A DNA stretch of 63,814 bases, filler included, from Octopus bimaculoides (GCF_001194135.2; 5 parts of 4 records of this genome joined end to end with filler, not necessarily neighbours in it), one strand, 5' to 3'. Positions 37,501 to 50,333 are shown, numbered from the whole stretch's first letter. Numbers and translations: made by a program. The notes: generated from the letters alone by a model not told the origin.

Positions 37501-38779
37501 CTCAGTTGTAAGGTGCCGCATAGTTGGACTGAACTTGGAACCATGTAGTTGGGAACACACACCATAAATTCTTAGACTTAAAAATCGTTAGGTTTTTCTA
37601 GTTGTTTAATGGCTACAGCAGAGTAAAATGGTTTATTTAGAGAGTAAAAATCACGTTAACTTTTTATCAAACTATACTCGATTTGATTCGTAAATGTATG
37701 TGGTCAATTTGACTAAGAATTAATTTCACTCTACATATACCTCCTAACACAGTAGAGGGAGTGTGGTGGGGACTGCGTAACTCTGTATTCCACAGCTACC
37801 ATTTAAAACTGTATTTGTTTGCTTATTTGATTATAGTTTTCACTCAACCTGAACAAGAAAAATTTGAATCGGATTGCTGAATCAGATGAAACTATAGTAA
37901 TAAATGATGTCGTCTGTTTTCTCTCTATCGCATTTGTAATTCTATCTTCCGACGTTAACCTTTGCTTCATGTTCTCCTCTGGTTTAACAGCCGGCACAAC
38001 TAACTATCCGGCGTGAATATATGTTTACAAAATCTCCACATTCTATTTACAAGACAGATGTCAACAAACAGACGTCTTATATTTTATCTTCCTTATCTGT
38101 GCCAGTAGAAAATTTGTCATTTACTGACAGGAGGCTGTCGTTTGTTAAGCTGTCGGAATTGCCAAGGAATACATTAAAACTTCTTCCAAAAAGATTGTTA
38201 CTTAGATTTCAAAAGCTTATTTCTTCCGAACGCCTCATTCCTTGCCTCTAAATGCCTATTTATCAACGTCAGTTTATTTTCAAATCTCTACATAGCATAT
38301 ATTTAATACAAAGAAGTCATTATTTGGCTGTATTTCAAAGAATATCAAATCATTTCGCACCTCTTAAGAATTTCCTAACCGCAGCCAATTGGTTTTGATT
38401 TCATTTTGTTGATATAGCATTGAGAGTCGCACCTGGTCACTCAGATAGAGGTTTCGGACAAAAGGTCGATGGTTCGCACCCCGCTTCCGGTCAATGATTT
38501 TCATTTATTTCTCAAATACTCTTAGCCACCACTTTACAAATGATGCTGTTATTGTTGTTTATCCTATCCTATCTTTCTTGTTTTTTGTTGGTTTGTTTTG
38601 TTTTTTGTTGGTGTTTTTTGTCATATCAAGGACTACATTGTCCATCGAATGTATCCTTCTTTATTCAAGGTGGTGGGTAAGATTTGTGGAAAATTGGCTA
38701 CTGTTTCTAGCAGACCGTGTGATCGCATAGAGTCACTCTTCTTCCCATCGTATCTCTTGTATTGGAATAATAGTCAACA

Positions 38780-39065
38780 ATCATTCGATGTCACGATTCT
38801 CTGAAATTGCGAATCAGCGTGATCAGCGAACCGAACCAATCACAAGTTCGCCTGGAAAGAATATTACCCACGTGATCATCAAAGTCTAGCTACGTCTATC
38901 ACGCCGAGGTCACCAGATATAGTTAGATTTTGATGATAACATAGGTAGTATTCATTCCAAGCGAAGTCGTGATTGATCCAATTTGCTGATCACGTGGTCA
39001 ACATTCCAGCGAATTACGACATTGGGTGATTGCTTGATATTCCGCTACATTCTATATAAATACCA
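38780..39065 (+). promoter_or_regulatory. Promoter-like motif cluster (2 CCAAT, 2 CACGTG E-boxes, TATATAAA)
   Basis: CCAAT at 38836 and 38978, CACGTG at 38869 and 38991, TATATAAA at 39053-39060. Locally CpG-rich, and no downstream gene was identified. Confidence 0.3.
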
Positions 39066-39125
39066 TAGAGTAGCGGTTCTTAACTCTTTTGTTTTTGTAG
39101 CGTCTCCTCCCACCTCTTTAAGTAG

Positions 39126-39430
39126 TTGTTCTCTCGGTTGTAAAGGTCGTGAGTTCGATTCCTGGTGGCGCGTTGTATCTTTGAGCAAAGCAAATTTATT
39201 TCACGTTGTTCCAGTCCACGCCGCTGGCAAAAATAAGTAGTGCCTGTATTTCAAAGAGCCAACCTTGTCACATCTTGTGTCACGTTGAATCTCCCTGAGA
39301 ACTACGTTATGGTTACGCGTCTGTGGAATGCTCATCCACTTGCACGTCAACTTCACGATCAAACTGTTCCGTTGATCGGATCTATGGGAACCCTCGTTGC
39401 CATAACCGACGGAGTGCCAGACAAACACCT
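39126..39430 (+). mobile_element. tRNA-derived SINE sharing its 3' module with family B
   Basis: B box GAGTTCGATTCC; 3' part GTCAC..GAGAACTACGTTA..GTTCCGTTGATCGGATC..GACGGAGTGCC matches 3472-3650 in reverse. Confidence 0.85.
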
Positions 39431-39964
39431 AAGTAGCGAGTGAGATATCACGACTAAACTAACTTAACATTGATAATTTCTAAATTTTACTTTTAAAATG
39501 GATTGTTAAAGCTTTTAACAGTGAAATGATTAAAAAACTTAATAAAGACAAAAGTTGTAAATTTACTTTAAGAATTGCAAGTTAATGACTTCCATGTGCT
39601 TGATGTGATCTCATTGTTTTAATAACCATTACCAGTTTTATCATGTATAATACAATTACTACTATAAGTAAAATTTAGTATGTTAATTATGTTACCTCAC
39701 CGACAAGTTCAGTGCCCCCTTGGAGGTAGTACCGCCCACGCTGAGAACTTTCGCTACAGAGCAAAAAACAGCATAAATGACGGGTATTCTGAGAGTTGAT
39801 AGAATTATTCCTATGGAAATAGATTTCTCTCTCTCTCTCTCTCTCTCTCGCCACACTCACACTCATACACGATACACAGACGTAGTCTACAGTTGGTGTT
39901 TCAACGAGACGATGAGTAATGAGTAACACTTCTACTGAAGAACTGCGGATGCTATAGAATAAAG

Positions 39965-40110
39965 TGGTTAAGGAGAGGGATTTCACCCCGGGCGGTGCTT
40001 TCAAGGGGACGGCACCTTTGGGTCTGCAGTATAAGCCTGTATACGGAGCGGGATGGGGGCAGAAAACTCAAGTACTTCCCAGAGCGGTACACTCTAGCTA
40101 CGCCACTGAA
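39965..40110 (-). mobile_element. hAT-type MITE fragment
   Basis: Ends TAGCTACGCCACTG (terminus CAGTGGCGTAGCTAG). Homologous to 46742-46870. Confidence 0.7.
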
Positions 40111-40254
40111 TGCAATATAGTTTTAATGTTCGTTTGTAGTAACTTCTAACATTCTTAATAAAATCATGAACGTTACAATATGTTATTATTCTCTCCTATA
40201 AATGTCTTGAGTCTTAATTAGAAAAAACTTTGAATGAAATCATGTTTCTTTCTT

Positions 40255-40445
40255 GAAATATTGGTTTCAAATTTTGGCATAAGGCCAGCAGTTTCGAGAA
40301 TAAATCGATTACAACGACCCCAGTGTAATCCAGAGAGGATGAAAAACAAAGTCGGCCCCATTTGAACCCAAAGCATAACGACAGACGAAGTGTCGCTAAA
40401 CATTTTGCCTGGCACGCTAACGTTTCTGCCAGTCCGCCGCCTTCC
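40255..40445 (-). mobile_element. SINE family A copy
   Basis: TTTCAAATTTTGGCATAAGGCC tail and GCACGCTAACGTTTCTGCCAG head in reverse. Confidence 0.8.
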
Positions 40446-40654
40446 TTTCTTGAATATTGGTCATAAATAGATATTAGTGAATAATGAAACAATAATACTG
40501 ATGAAAGAGAAAATGAAATTTACCGAGTATTTCATCTTTAATAAGACTAACTGTGAACTTTGGTGTCGTGGTAAAACAGAATATGAACGTTTGATGAAAC
40601 AGGAAAGAAGAAACCAATACTCGAGAGTTACCACAAACCACTACGAGTATGACG

Positions 40655-40868
40655 ATCTTTACGAGCCAACGAGAGATCTAAGACATGGTCATTCATTTTG
40701 CTAGAAAAGACAGTTAAATCCCTATAGACCAAATTCTATCATTTTAAGTCAGGAAAGGCCACATCAGATAACGTAATCCTACACACCTCTAATAAAAAAG
40801 GATGACTAGAATATTTTTGATCAGGAGTCTGCTCGATCAAAGTTGACTTGTCACTAAACAGCAACAAT
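40655..40868 (+). mobile_element. Copy of a recurrent (AAC)-tailed retroposon 3' module (other pieces near 25450, 28750, 38620, 42020, 43610, 47850, 48175, 49150)
   Basis: Recurrent motifs TGCTAGAAA, CACATT(A/G)GATAA and GATCA..GTCTGCTCGATCA..GTTGAC, ending in AAACA(A/G)CAACAA. Confidence 0.65.
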
Positions 40869-41344
40869 GTTGCTTTCTCTAAGCTCAGTCGTAAATCATT
40901 TGTCTTAGATGGACCCTTCGAAATTCTGCGAACCATGTTGAGAGGCATCTCTTTTCCACCCGATGCTCTCTGACAGCCAATGGCATAGCCAGGAGAAGAA
41001 GTAACGCGTCTAAAAAAAACGAACTCCAAAAACATCCAAGATTAGATAGGCTTTAAACCGGGGAAGCATGGTAATCCNNNNNNNNNNNNNNNNNNNNNNN
41101 NNNNNNNNNNNNNNNNNNNNNNNNNNNNNNNNNNNNNNNNNNNNNNNNNNNNNNNNNNNNNNNNNNNNNNNNNNNNNNNNNNNNNNNNNNNNNNNNNNNN
41201 AAATATCAACAGCAATAATTTCAAAAGTATGGAGCGATCTTCAAAAAGTTTCTCTATTCCATTAACTAAATAAAAATTAAAATGGGAGTGTCGAATCTTA
41301 TTTACTTTTATATCAATATTACAGTGTACTTATTATTCTTTCGC

Positions 41345-41550
41345 ATATATTAAGACGGCGAACTGGCAGAATCGTTAGCACGCCAAATAGAAATACTTAG
41401 CAGCATTTTGCTCTGCTTTACGTTCTGAGTTCAAATTCCATTGACTTTGCCTTTCATCTCATTCGTAGTCGATAAAATAAGCACCAGCGTCGGTGTAATC
41501 TACTAGGCCCCTTCCCCGACTTTCAAGCCCTGTACCTATAGCAGAAAGTT
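41345..41550 (+). mobile_element. SINE family A copy
   Basis: GGCGAACTGGCAGAATCGTTAGCACGCC...GTTCTGAGTTCAAATTCC...CTTTGCCTTTCATC. Confidence 0.85.
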
Positions 41551-41839
41551 TTTTTTTTTTTCGTACATATTTAAATTTGCATGCATTAACGGTTGTTTGA
41601 CGCTGACCTAAGCATATTTTTTCTTTGTTAGGGCGGAGTTGAGTAGATTGAATGAATTCTCATTAAGATCTACCCCCAACGGAATTTAAATTTAGAATCA
41701 AGAGAAATGGAACTAAATATTTAGTCCAGCAGTCTACTACTTGTTATTCAATCGCATAAAAGTTTGTAAATTTTGTTTTTAAAACTCATCAAAACAATTT
41801 GAAAAATTATTTCTCACATTAGTAAAAAGCTACAAAATT

Positions 41840-43580
41840 GGTAGTGTGAAGTCGATTGATTGGACAAGTCTCAGTAGATGACTGGTACTTATTTTATTGA
41901 TCTCGGAGAGATGTAAATCAAGGTCAAACCCAGCAGAGTTTGTAGTCAGAGAGTAAAGTCAAAGTTAAATTTTGTTGCTAAGCATTTAATCCGATTCTCA
42001 ACTGCTTTTGTCCACCTCTTCAGCCACGAGCCCAAGAAGGAACCTCTATAAGGTCCCTCGACATGTTGGTAATTCTTCAAATCATGGTTATCCGTCTTAA
42101 AGGGACATGCTGGTTACTATAATCGTTGGTTCCCTGCATACAGTTGAAATGTTTTTATTTATATGTCTGCTCGATCAACTATAGTTCATCTACACATCTT
42201 CAACAATTCTACGGGCTTTCTGCAAGTAATAAGGATTTCTTACATTGGCACAAAACCACAATTTTTCAGGTGAATGCTGCAGTCGATAGAATTGATCGCA
42301 TCAGAGCCCTTGGCACCTTATTGCGTCGTAAGGCTACTGTCGTGACACACGCATAACTTGAGCATTTAAATCTAGCAAAGCTCGTCTCTTTTTCTAGGTT
42401 TGATAAAGCTTATTTCTTCTAGAAAGAAAAAGAAGGACGAAAAGAAGATAATAATGATGAAGAAGAAGAAGAATCTCCCCAGTGCTGAAATGATATCTTA
42501 TCGACCCCCAAATGAAAAAAATACAAACTTGGCTATGGCGGGATTTGAACTCGGATCATCAGAATAAACAATGCAAGGCAATCTATTCAAAACGCCAAGA
42601 ACTCTTTCAGTTCGCCGCTTATTCTATTCATTATAGATTTGTGAAAGACGAAGTTGACATACCAGAATTTGAGATTGGAATGCAGACGGACAAAACTAAA
42701 TAGTGCAACATTAAGAGGCGAAGCTAATATTGGTTTCAAATTTTGGCACAAGGCCAGTAAGTTCGGGGGAGGACGGAAGTAGATTACATCGACACCACCA
42801 CCATCCCCTACCATCCAGTGTTCAAGTGGTTCAATGTTTAGCAACATTTCGTCCGTCTTAACGTTCTAAGTTCAAATTCCGTCGAGGTCGACATTATCTT
42901 TCATCCTTTCGGGGTCGATAAAGTACCGGTTGAGCACTGGGGTCGCTGTAATCGACTTAACCCCACCGAACTTGCTGATCTTGTGCCAAAATTTAAAACC
43001 AATATTAGAATAAAATTCCTAATGGTATTTTGTTATTGCCCTTTACGTTCTGAGTTCAAATCTCGACTGAATCAACCTCGACTCTCACCCTTCAACAAAA
43101 TAAAGAACCAGTTAAGCATTCTGTTGATTTAATCGACAATACTATCTTCCAAATGTATAACTTTGTAACAGTTTTGTCATTACTAATATCGTTTGTTTCT
43201 TCTGTTTGTCACAACACATTTCTTATTGGCTTCTTTATACTATCGTCATATAGATACAGTGTGACTACACGATTAAGAGGTCCGCTTCGCAAACGCGATT
43301 CACAGTTCGCCCCCACTGCATGACGTCTTGGATAAATATTTTCTGTTGCCTCCAGTTGACCTATACTTTCTGAGTGAAACTGGTTCGACGGAAAATGCAT
43401 AAAAGCTCGTCAAGAGGAATGTACATGTAATTCAAAAAATACAACCTTGTCACGCAATGTGCCATACTGATTCTACCAGAGAATTACATTAAGGATACTC
43501 AGTCACTAACACGTTAATTCATGAACAGATTATTCAGTTGATCGAGTAATTGAATCCTCATCGTCGAACGACAGGGATCC
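41840..43580. mobile_element. Dense cluster of SINE fragments of families A, B and C in both orientations
   Basis: Family motifs at ~41850-41990 (-), 42490-42620 (-), 42727-42820 (-), 42840-43006 (+), 43030-43140 (+), 43280-43410 (+) and 43420-43570 (-). Confidence 0.75.
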
Positions 43581-45396
43581 ACCACCACAGCCAACATTAA
43601 ATATGTTAACACTGATCTATTGTGCTCTCGTCGATAAGCACCAAATCTGCTCAAAACTTTCCAGCCGTAACTATTCCATCTTTATTTTCAGTATCTAGAA
43701 CTGTGTAAACGTTTGTAGTTGCAATTGTAAGTGATGACCCCATCAGCTAAATACCATCCTTGCCGTACTTGCTCTGTGGAAGTAAAATAAACCAAATCAG
43801 CTTCAGTATATATCTGGTTCTACAGTTATTGTCTTTGAGTCGGGGATGAAATACAAAGCCGACTCCGTTACGATTTGAAACCAAAGCATAAAATGACTTA
43901 TTTAAATACTACAAGACTTGCTATCAAGGAATCCAACGTTATTGCCCACCACACCACCATGAAGTAACATTCATAACCATCTTTCTGTTCTTTAGTTTTT
44001 AACGTTTCTGTTTCGGGCTTTTTGTTTTATTTTGTGTTGTTTTATTTTTTTATATATATTTTTCAAATTTCCACCTAAGAAATCTAAAGAGATAATTGTT
44101 TTCTGCATTAAACTTTTTTCTTTTTTTTTAATGCTTCTTTTTTTACATAACGAAATTTTAAAGCAGATGGTTTGTTAAGATATATGGAGATATAAATCAA
44201 ATCACAAACATTTCAAAAATTAAAATAAGAATTTGATGATTAAATAGTGATCTTGTTGTTCTTCTTCTTGTTATGCATTTANNNNNNNNNNNNNNNNNNN
44301 NNNNNNNNNNNNNNNNNNNNNNNNNNNNNNNNNNNNNNNNNNNNNNNNNNNNNNNNNNNNNNNNNNNNNNNNNNNNNNNNNNNNNNNNNNNNNNNNNNNN
44401 NNNNNNNNNNNNNNNNNNNNNNNNNNNNNNNNNNNNNNNNNNNNNNNNNNNNNNNNNNNNNNNNNNNNNNNNNNNNNNNNNNNNNNNNNNNNNNNNNNNN
44501 NNNNNNNNNNNNNNNNNNNNNNNNNNNNNNNNNNNNNNNNNNNNNNNNNNNNNNNNNNNNNNNNNNNNNNNNNNNNNNNNNNNNNNNNNNNNNNNNNNNN
44601 NNNNNNNNNNNNNNNNNNNNNNNNNNNNNNNNNNNNNNNNNNNNNNNNNNNNNNNNNNNNNNNNNNNNNNNNNNNNNNNNNNNNNNNNNNNNNNNNNNNN
44701 NNNNNNNNNNNNNNNNNNNNNNNNNNNNNNNNNNNNNNNNNNNNNNNNNNNNNNNNNNNNNNNNNNNNNNNNNNNNNNNNNNNNNNNNNNNNNNNNNNNN
44801 NNNNNNNNNNNNNNNNNNNNNNNNNNNNNNNNNNNNNNNNNNNNNNNNNNNNNNNNNNNNNNNNNNNNNNNNNNNNNNNNNNNNNNNNNNNNNNNNNNNN
44901 NNNNNNNNNNNNNNNNNNNNNNNNNNNNNNNNNNNNNNNNNNNNNNNNNNNNNNNNNNNNNNNNNNNNNNNNNNNNNNNNNNNNNNNNNNNNNNNNNNNN
45001 NNNNNNNNNNNNNNNNNNNNNNNNNNNNNNNNNNNNNNNNNNNNNNNNNNNNNNNNNNNNNNNNNNNNNNNNNNNNNNNNNNNNNNNNNNNNNNNNNNNN
45101 NNNNNNNNNNNNNNNNNNNNNNNNNNNNNNNNNNNNNNNNNNNNNNNNNNNNNNNNNNNNNNNNNNNNNNNNNNNNNNNNNNNNGAATTGTCAAAGACCT
45201 GCTTCAATTTTCCTAAAATTGAATATAAAATAAATAAAATAATGATGAATACACACGTACTTGTACATGAGGAACAAAATGAATAATAATAACAACAACA
45301 ACGTAATATAAATTTTAAGAAAGCCTTAAGGACTGAAACGTATAAAAGAATAAAAGAAAATGTCAAATGCTTTTGTGCGTGGCGTTTGGCCTACTC

Positions 45397-45447
<51 letters not shown>

Positions 45448-46594
45448 AGGCCATAAAGTTATGCTGTAACTGTCACTACTCTGATCATGATCTGATATTC
45501 GCTCTTTTTTATAGACAAATCGCATTCATTTAAGGCGCTCATATAATACCCTAACTTCAATAAAATATGAGGCGATATCTTACAGTTCTGTAAAATACTG
45601 CCAAACAAAAACATTATTTTCCAAGGAAAAACAGCTGTACGAAGTATGAACAGTTACAGCTCTATAAAAGACAAGAACAAAACATTAAACAAAATTTGTG
45701 ATTTTTTTTATATTTACTTCATATCTTGGCTTTCCATGGTCTAAATCCAAATCGACGAGTCGAAAGGAATAGGAAATTGTCAATCAAAAATAATAATGAC
45801 ATCGTAATTAAAGAAACAGATTATGGATGGTGAAAATGTAAGAATTGTAACCAAGAATCGAAACCTCGGTCTTTTCGTTCGTGTCCATTGTTCTTGGAAT
45901 TTGCACTTAGAATTTATAAGTTCAATCTGTCAAATTCGCCAACAACTTTGGTGAGACAAGAGTTGGATCCAGATAAACCCATTTATTTCCATTGTCAGTG
46001 ACCTGGTTCAACTTAAGCACAACTCTATTTTGAGATACTTACGGAAAACATTCTCTCTTTCTCCGCAACTTTCAGAGACGTAAAAGCTCTCTCTGCCTTT
46101 TTATTCTGCCACTTGCACATTACCTTTCAAATCATACCCTTATTGTTGAAGCACTCCCCAAAAATGAAAAGGGTACTTTGAATACACAAAATAAAAGTAA
46201 AAGACAACCAAAAACACCTTTAAAAATTCTTACCAGCACCTAATTACCCACCGAAAATTATATCAGTCAAAAAGTATGGTCGCCTTAACTGCAGAGCCTC
46301 CGGCAGCCTTAAATTTGAATCAAATCATACTGTAAAAATAAATTCACCTGTACATGAACAAATTTAATTATACTGTTAAATGTAAAAGGGGTAACAAAGA
46401 ATGCATTGAACAAACGAAAATTACCTTGAGAAACTGATTGACTATTTATTGTGAACAAATTCGAGATGGTATTATTAAACAGTTCCCACTAAATGAACAT
46501 TTAGACCTATGTACGCAAACAAATCCCCAAAATTCCAAGTCGACTCTACCTACTTTATATTTGTTCTGACAATACAGATCAAAAACAGACAAAT

Positions 46595-46658
46595 GAATAG
46601 ATATTTTAAAAATTCAAACAACGAATAGATATTTTAAAAATTCAAACAACGAATAGAT
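46595..46658. repeat. 28-bp tandem repeat, 2.3 copies (GAATAGATATTTTAAAAATTCAAACAAC)
   Basis: Units start at 46595, 46623 and 46651. Confidence 0.95.
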
Positions 46659-46741
46659 AAGCTATTACAACATATCGGAAAGATAATTCCCTAATAACTT
46701 AATTACCAAAATATTACTCTATTATTGTTTACACTCTCAAA

Positions 46742-46870
46742 CACTAGCGTAGTTAGAGTGTGTGCCGCCCGGGGCGGCCGTTCCGTTTGCCGCCCCCAGA
46801 CCCCCAAAAAACACATATTGCCTACAGCAGACCCAAAAGGGGTGTCCCTTTAAAAGTGCCGCCCGGAATT
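46742..46870 (+). mobile_element. hAT-type MITE fragment, same family as 39965-40110
   Basis: CACTAGCGTAGTTAGAGTGTG..GCCGCCCGGGG and CAGACCCAAAAGG..TCCCTTT..AAAG..CCGCCCGG. Confidence 0.7.
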
Positions 46871-48316
46871 TGAAATATACCGCCAGAAGTTGTTGTTGAC
46901 AAACAACAGCAGTAATTTTATTCAGCTGAATACACGTCATTGATTGGTTGAAATTACCGAAATACGACAACTTTAACACGAAATAACTTTGAAAATACAA
47001 ACATTTCTCAACAGCACTAAGAGTAAAAGATGTTTTATATGACACATTCTACCAGTGTCCGAAGTTTGAAAGAGTTTAGTTACAAAAAATTAATTTCTCG
47101 ATGTGCCGTTCAAAGGGTAAAGATCCGAAAAACGGTTACAATCAGCCAACTATGAGACGCAGCTTCCCTCGACTCTATAACTTTCACTAGCTCAATTTCT
47201 TTTCTCTTACAACATCTATGGTTTACTACTACGAGAACGTGTACACACATACAGGCCGAAATTAACCTTCGTAACCTCGCACGCTCTTTCAATTATATCA
47301 CACCTGCCCGTCGAGGCATGGCATTATATTAAGTAACAGTAAATAAATATTTCTTTACAACTTCGATCACTGTTCTTCGTTCATCTTGCACATCTGCAAC
47401 AGCAACACTCGTTACAATCGTTAACTGCCAACTCCAACATATATCACCACAAATACCGTTACACTGGTGACCACTGATTCCACCTTAACAATACCGTTAC
47501 AGATTTATAACAAAACCGCTAATTCGTGAAAAACAAATTGTAATAATCTTAGCTGTATATTGATTTCATTATTTATAAATTAACATTTAAACACACCTTG
47601 TAAATTAAAACTTTACATGACAAAGTATTTTAAAGATAAAAGCAATTGAGTGAGATGAAAATTTTTAAATATACTGTTTTATTTAAACCTCAAGATTCGG
47701 CTAGTAATTGTTTCTAATTTTGGCGATATTAAACTTCTGATGTTTTAGTGTTGGGAGATTTGACAAGTAGTCTTAGTGTAGAACTTTCTATAACTCTTTC
47801 GTAGTTAAATCTGAGTAGATTCTTTTAAATTTTGCTTTTATTGTGTTTTATTGTCTGATCCAGCTGAACAAAGGAAGGAGCCTCTGCGTGCTTACTCAAC
47901 ATGCTAGAAATAACGAACAAAACTCATTTGAATCACATCTATCTTGTGTTAGGATAGTACACATTAGATAATATTGAATTTAATTATTGGTAAACACTTG
48001 CTACATTCATACAGTGTAAGCACACACAATTTTAGTCTTCCAAAGTCAATGGACCATCTAGAAAAGTAGTCACATACTACGGACCAGTTGTTGTAGATTA
48101 ACAAAAGCAATCAGAACCTTTTCTCGTTTCCTTTCCTCCTCATTCTTCTTGACGTTCAATGAGTGGTATAGCTGGTTGCTATTATTTAGCTCCAGGTCAA
48201 TCCTGAATAAGTCGACCTCTGATCAAAATGTCATTCCACTCATGACCATCCGTATGTGTAAGTAGGATTACATTATCTAATGTGTACTATCCTTAAGCAA
48301 GATAGTAGGTGTGATC

Positions 48317-48964
48317 TGTAGGCAACGCTATTTGAAGCAGGTTCGCAAGCCTACAAAATATCCGTTGGAAATCAACGACAGTTATCTCTCCAGATGAATG
48401 TTCTAGAACAAACCAAGCGAACTTGGTTGGCTCCCCCTTTACTAGCTTACAAGGCGTAATTACTAAACGACACACCGGAGGGCGTTAGTAGCATGTCGCC
48501 TATTTAAGAGCGTATCCCGATTGAACTTTCTCTCTTTTTCTCTCGACACGACAAGGTCAACTTCGGAGAGAGAACTAGGCGCATGGATTTCGATGTTCAT
48601 TTCCTACCAGCAACTCGCTATGGTATTCTACGTCTAGTGCCCGTGGAAAGTAAATTTTGTAGCTTAAATTACTTCTATTTTCTCATTGTCATTGTGGAAC
48701 ATGGCAAGATGTTCAGAACCTTTCTTCCTCCCAGATGACTTTATTGAACATTGTATACTCACTGTATGAGTTCGTTTGTTACGCATCTGAATAAAAACCT
48801 TGGATACGAAATTGTTCCCGCACAGACATGAGTGTCGTTGTCACTTACAGCAGTCCAATTATTAAAGTGTTGACGTTTTCATTAGTGACATCCCTCGCTA
48901 AATTGGTGACCCCGACGTGATATTCTGCGGGTTTGCGAACCCGCTTCAAATAGCGTTGCCTACA
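48317..48964 (+). mobile_element. Solo Gypsy-type LTR, tRNA-Trp PBS and inverted copy of the LTR 5' end; 46-bp TIRs; 4-bp TSD
   Basis: TGTAGG...CCTACA termini; arms 48317-48362 and 48919-48964 are 41/46 identical. TATTTAAG at 48501, AATAAA at 48790, PBS TGGTGACCCCGACGTGAT at 48904-48921. TSD GATC/GATT; the empty paralog at 47931-47934 has a single GATT. A homologous LTR piece at 24270-24492 abuts Gypsy pol. Confidence 0.88.
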
Positions 48965-49384
48965 GATTCAAGTGCGTTTTGTTTGTAATTTCTAGTATGT
49001 CGAGTAAGCACGCAGAGGCTCCTTCCTTTGTTTGGCTGGATCAGACAATAAGCGACATCAGATATTCTTCAATTCGTTTTCATTGAGTCAATCCAATGAT
49101 GGAGCATTAGACAGACAATATAGTAAGGTTGATATGCAAAAAGAAGAGATAATCGCGGATGGGGCGCCTTTGGTCATAGCTCTCCTTAATCATCACTGAC
49201 CTGGGGCTAAACAGCATCAGTATCACGAAGAGTGACAGTTCACTGATGTAAACAATAAGAGCATTATCTAAGTGATGTGTTTTATTAACAATGATGAACT
49301 CAAATCATTCTAAGAACAAAAGCTGCAATAGAACAGTTTCTCGCTTCTGCGGAGAGATGTTTTTTAAACGCTAAGATAGACCAG

Positions 49385-49530
49385 TATATCTCGGCAAACA
49401 GAATGTTAGAGCGTCGAACAAAACTCCTGCGAGTTCTAAACACTGAGTTTAGATCCTGGTGAAATCAAATTTTCCTTTCATCCTTCCAGGGGTTCAGAAA
49501 ATAAAGTACCAGTGAAGTACTGGTCGTCAT
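49385..49530 (+). mobile_element. SINE family A, degenerate
   Basis: CAGAATGTTAGAGCGTCG...TTTCCTTTCATCCTTCCAGGGGTT...AAAGTACCAG. Confidence 0.65.
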
Positions 49531-50121
49531 TTTAATACTCCTGTAAAGCACTGAGTTTATAACAGAAGGGATTTTCTGGTGACGATGGAGGATTAAAAGA
49601 CAAAAATAAGAACGAAAGTAGATTTCTCCACCAGTAACCAATTTTTTCCGCAACTTTAAGCAATTTCTTCATTTCCTGTTGAACTATTCCCCTTCCCCAC
49701 CACACGCGCTGATATTTGCCGCTCGTTCTAGGCAAAATAAGATAGTTAAACTTATCTTTATTTTCACAAATGCTCAAAACCCCCCGCAACCACCTCTATC
49801 ACTGCTGTTAACATCAGCCTATCCTTCTTCTGTTCATGTTTGTATACATTTGTATGTGTGTGTGTCAATATTGTACAGTACGTATGTGTGTGTGTGTGTG
49901 CGTGCGTGCGTGCGTATACAATTAGATGCATGAATATGCTGAACTACGTGTACAGATATTAAATAGATATTATATGATTTATGTGTACAGACATTAAGAT
50001 ACATATTTGTACGAGACTCCAGTCTATGGCAGATAAAAGTTTCATGTGTTACACAGCTATTAGTTGAAGAAGCAGGATCGTAGAGTCACATAGTCGTAAT
50101 GATTAAACATAAAACTAAATA

Positions 50122-50284
50122 TGCGCAGGAGTGGCTGTGTGGTAAGTAGCTTGCTTACCAACCACATGGTTCCGGGTTCAGTCCCACTGCGTGGCACCTT
50201 GGGTGAGTGTCTTCTACTATAGCTTCGGGCCGACCAAAGCCTTGTGAGTGGATTTGGTAGACGGAAACTGAAAGAAGCCTGTCG

Positions 50285-50333
<49 letters not shown>
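50122..50333 (+). mobile_element. tRNA-derived SINE family C, well-preserved 5' part followed by (TA)n and a gap
   Basis: GCGCAGGAGTGGCTGTGTGGTAAGTAGC (A box), GGTTCAGTCCC (B box), CCTTGGGTGAGTGTCTTCTACTATAGC, and CTTGTGAGTGGATTTGGTAGACGGAAACTG. Confidence 0.9.

Noticed and set aside
46043-46488. Three minus-strand exon-like segments (46425-46488, 46248-46307, 46043-46123) with GT-AG ends and open frames
   Set aside because: Their phases do not chain (1 into 2, 2 into 0), two acceptors are weak, and no protein family is recognisable. RNA-seq could still rescue one.
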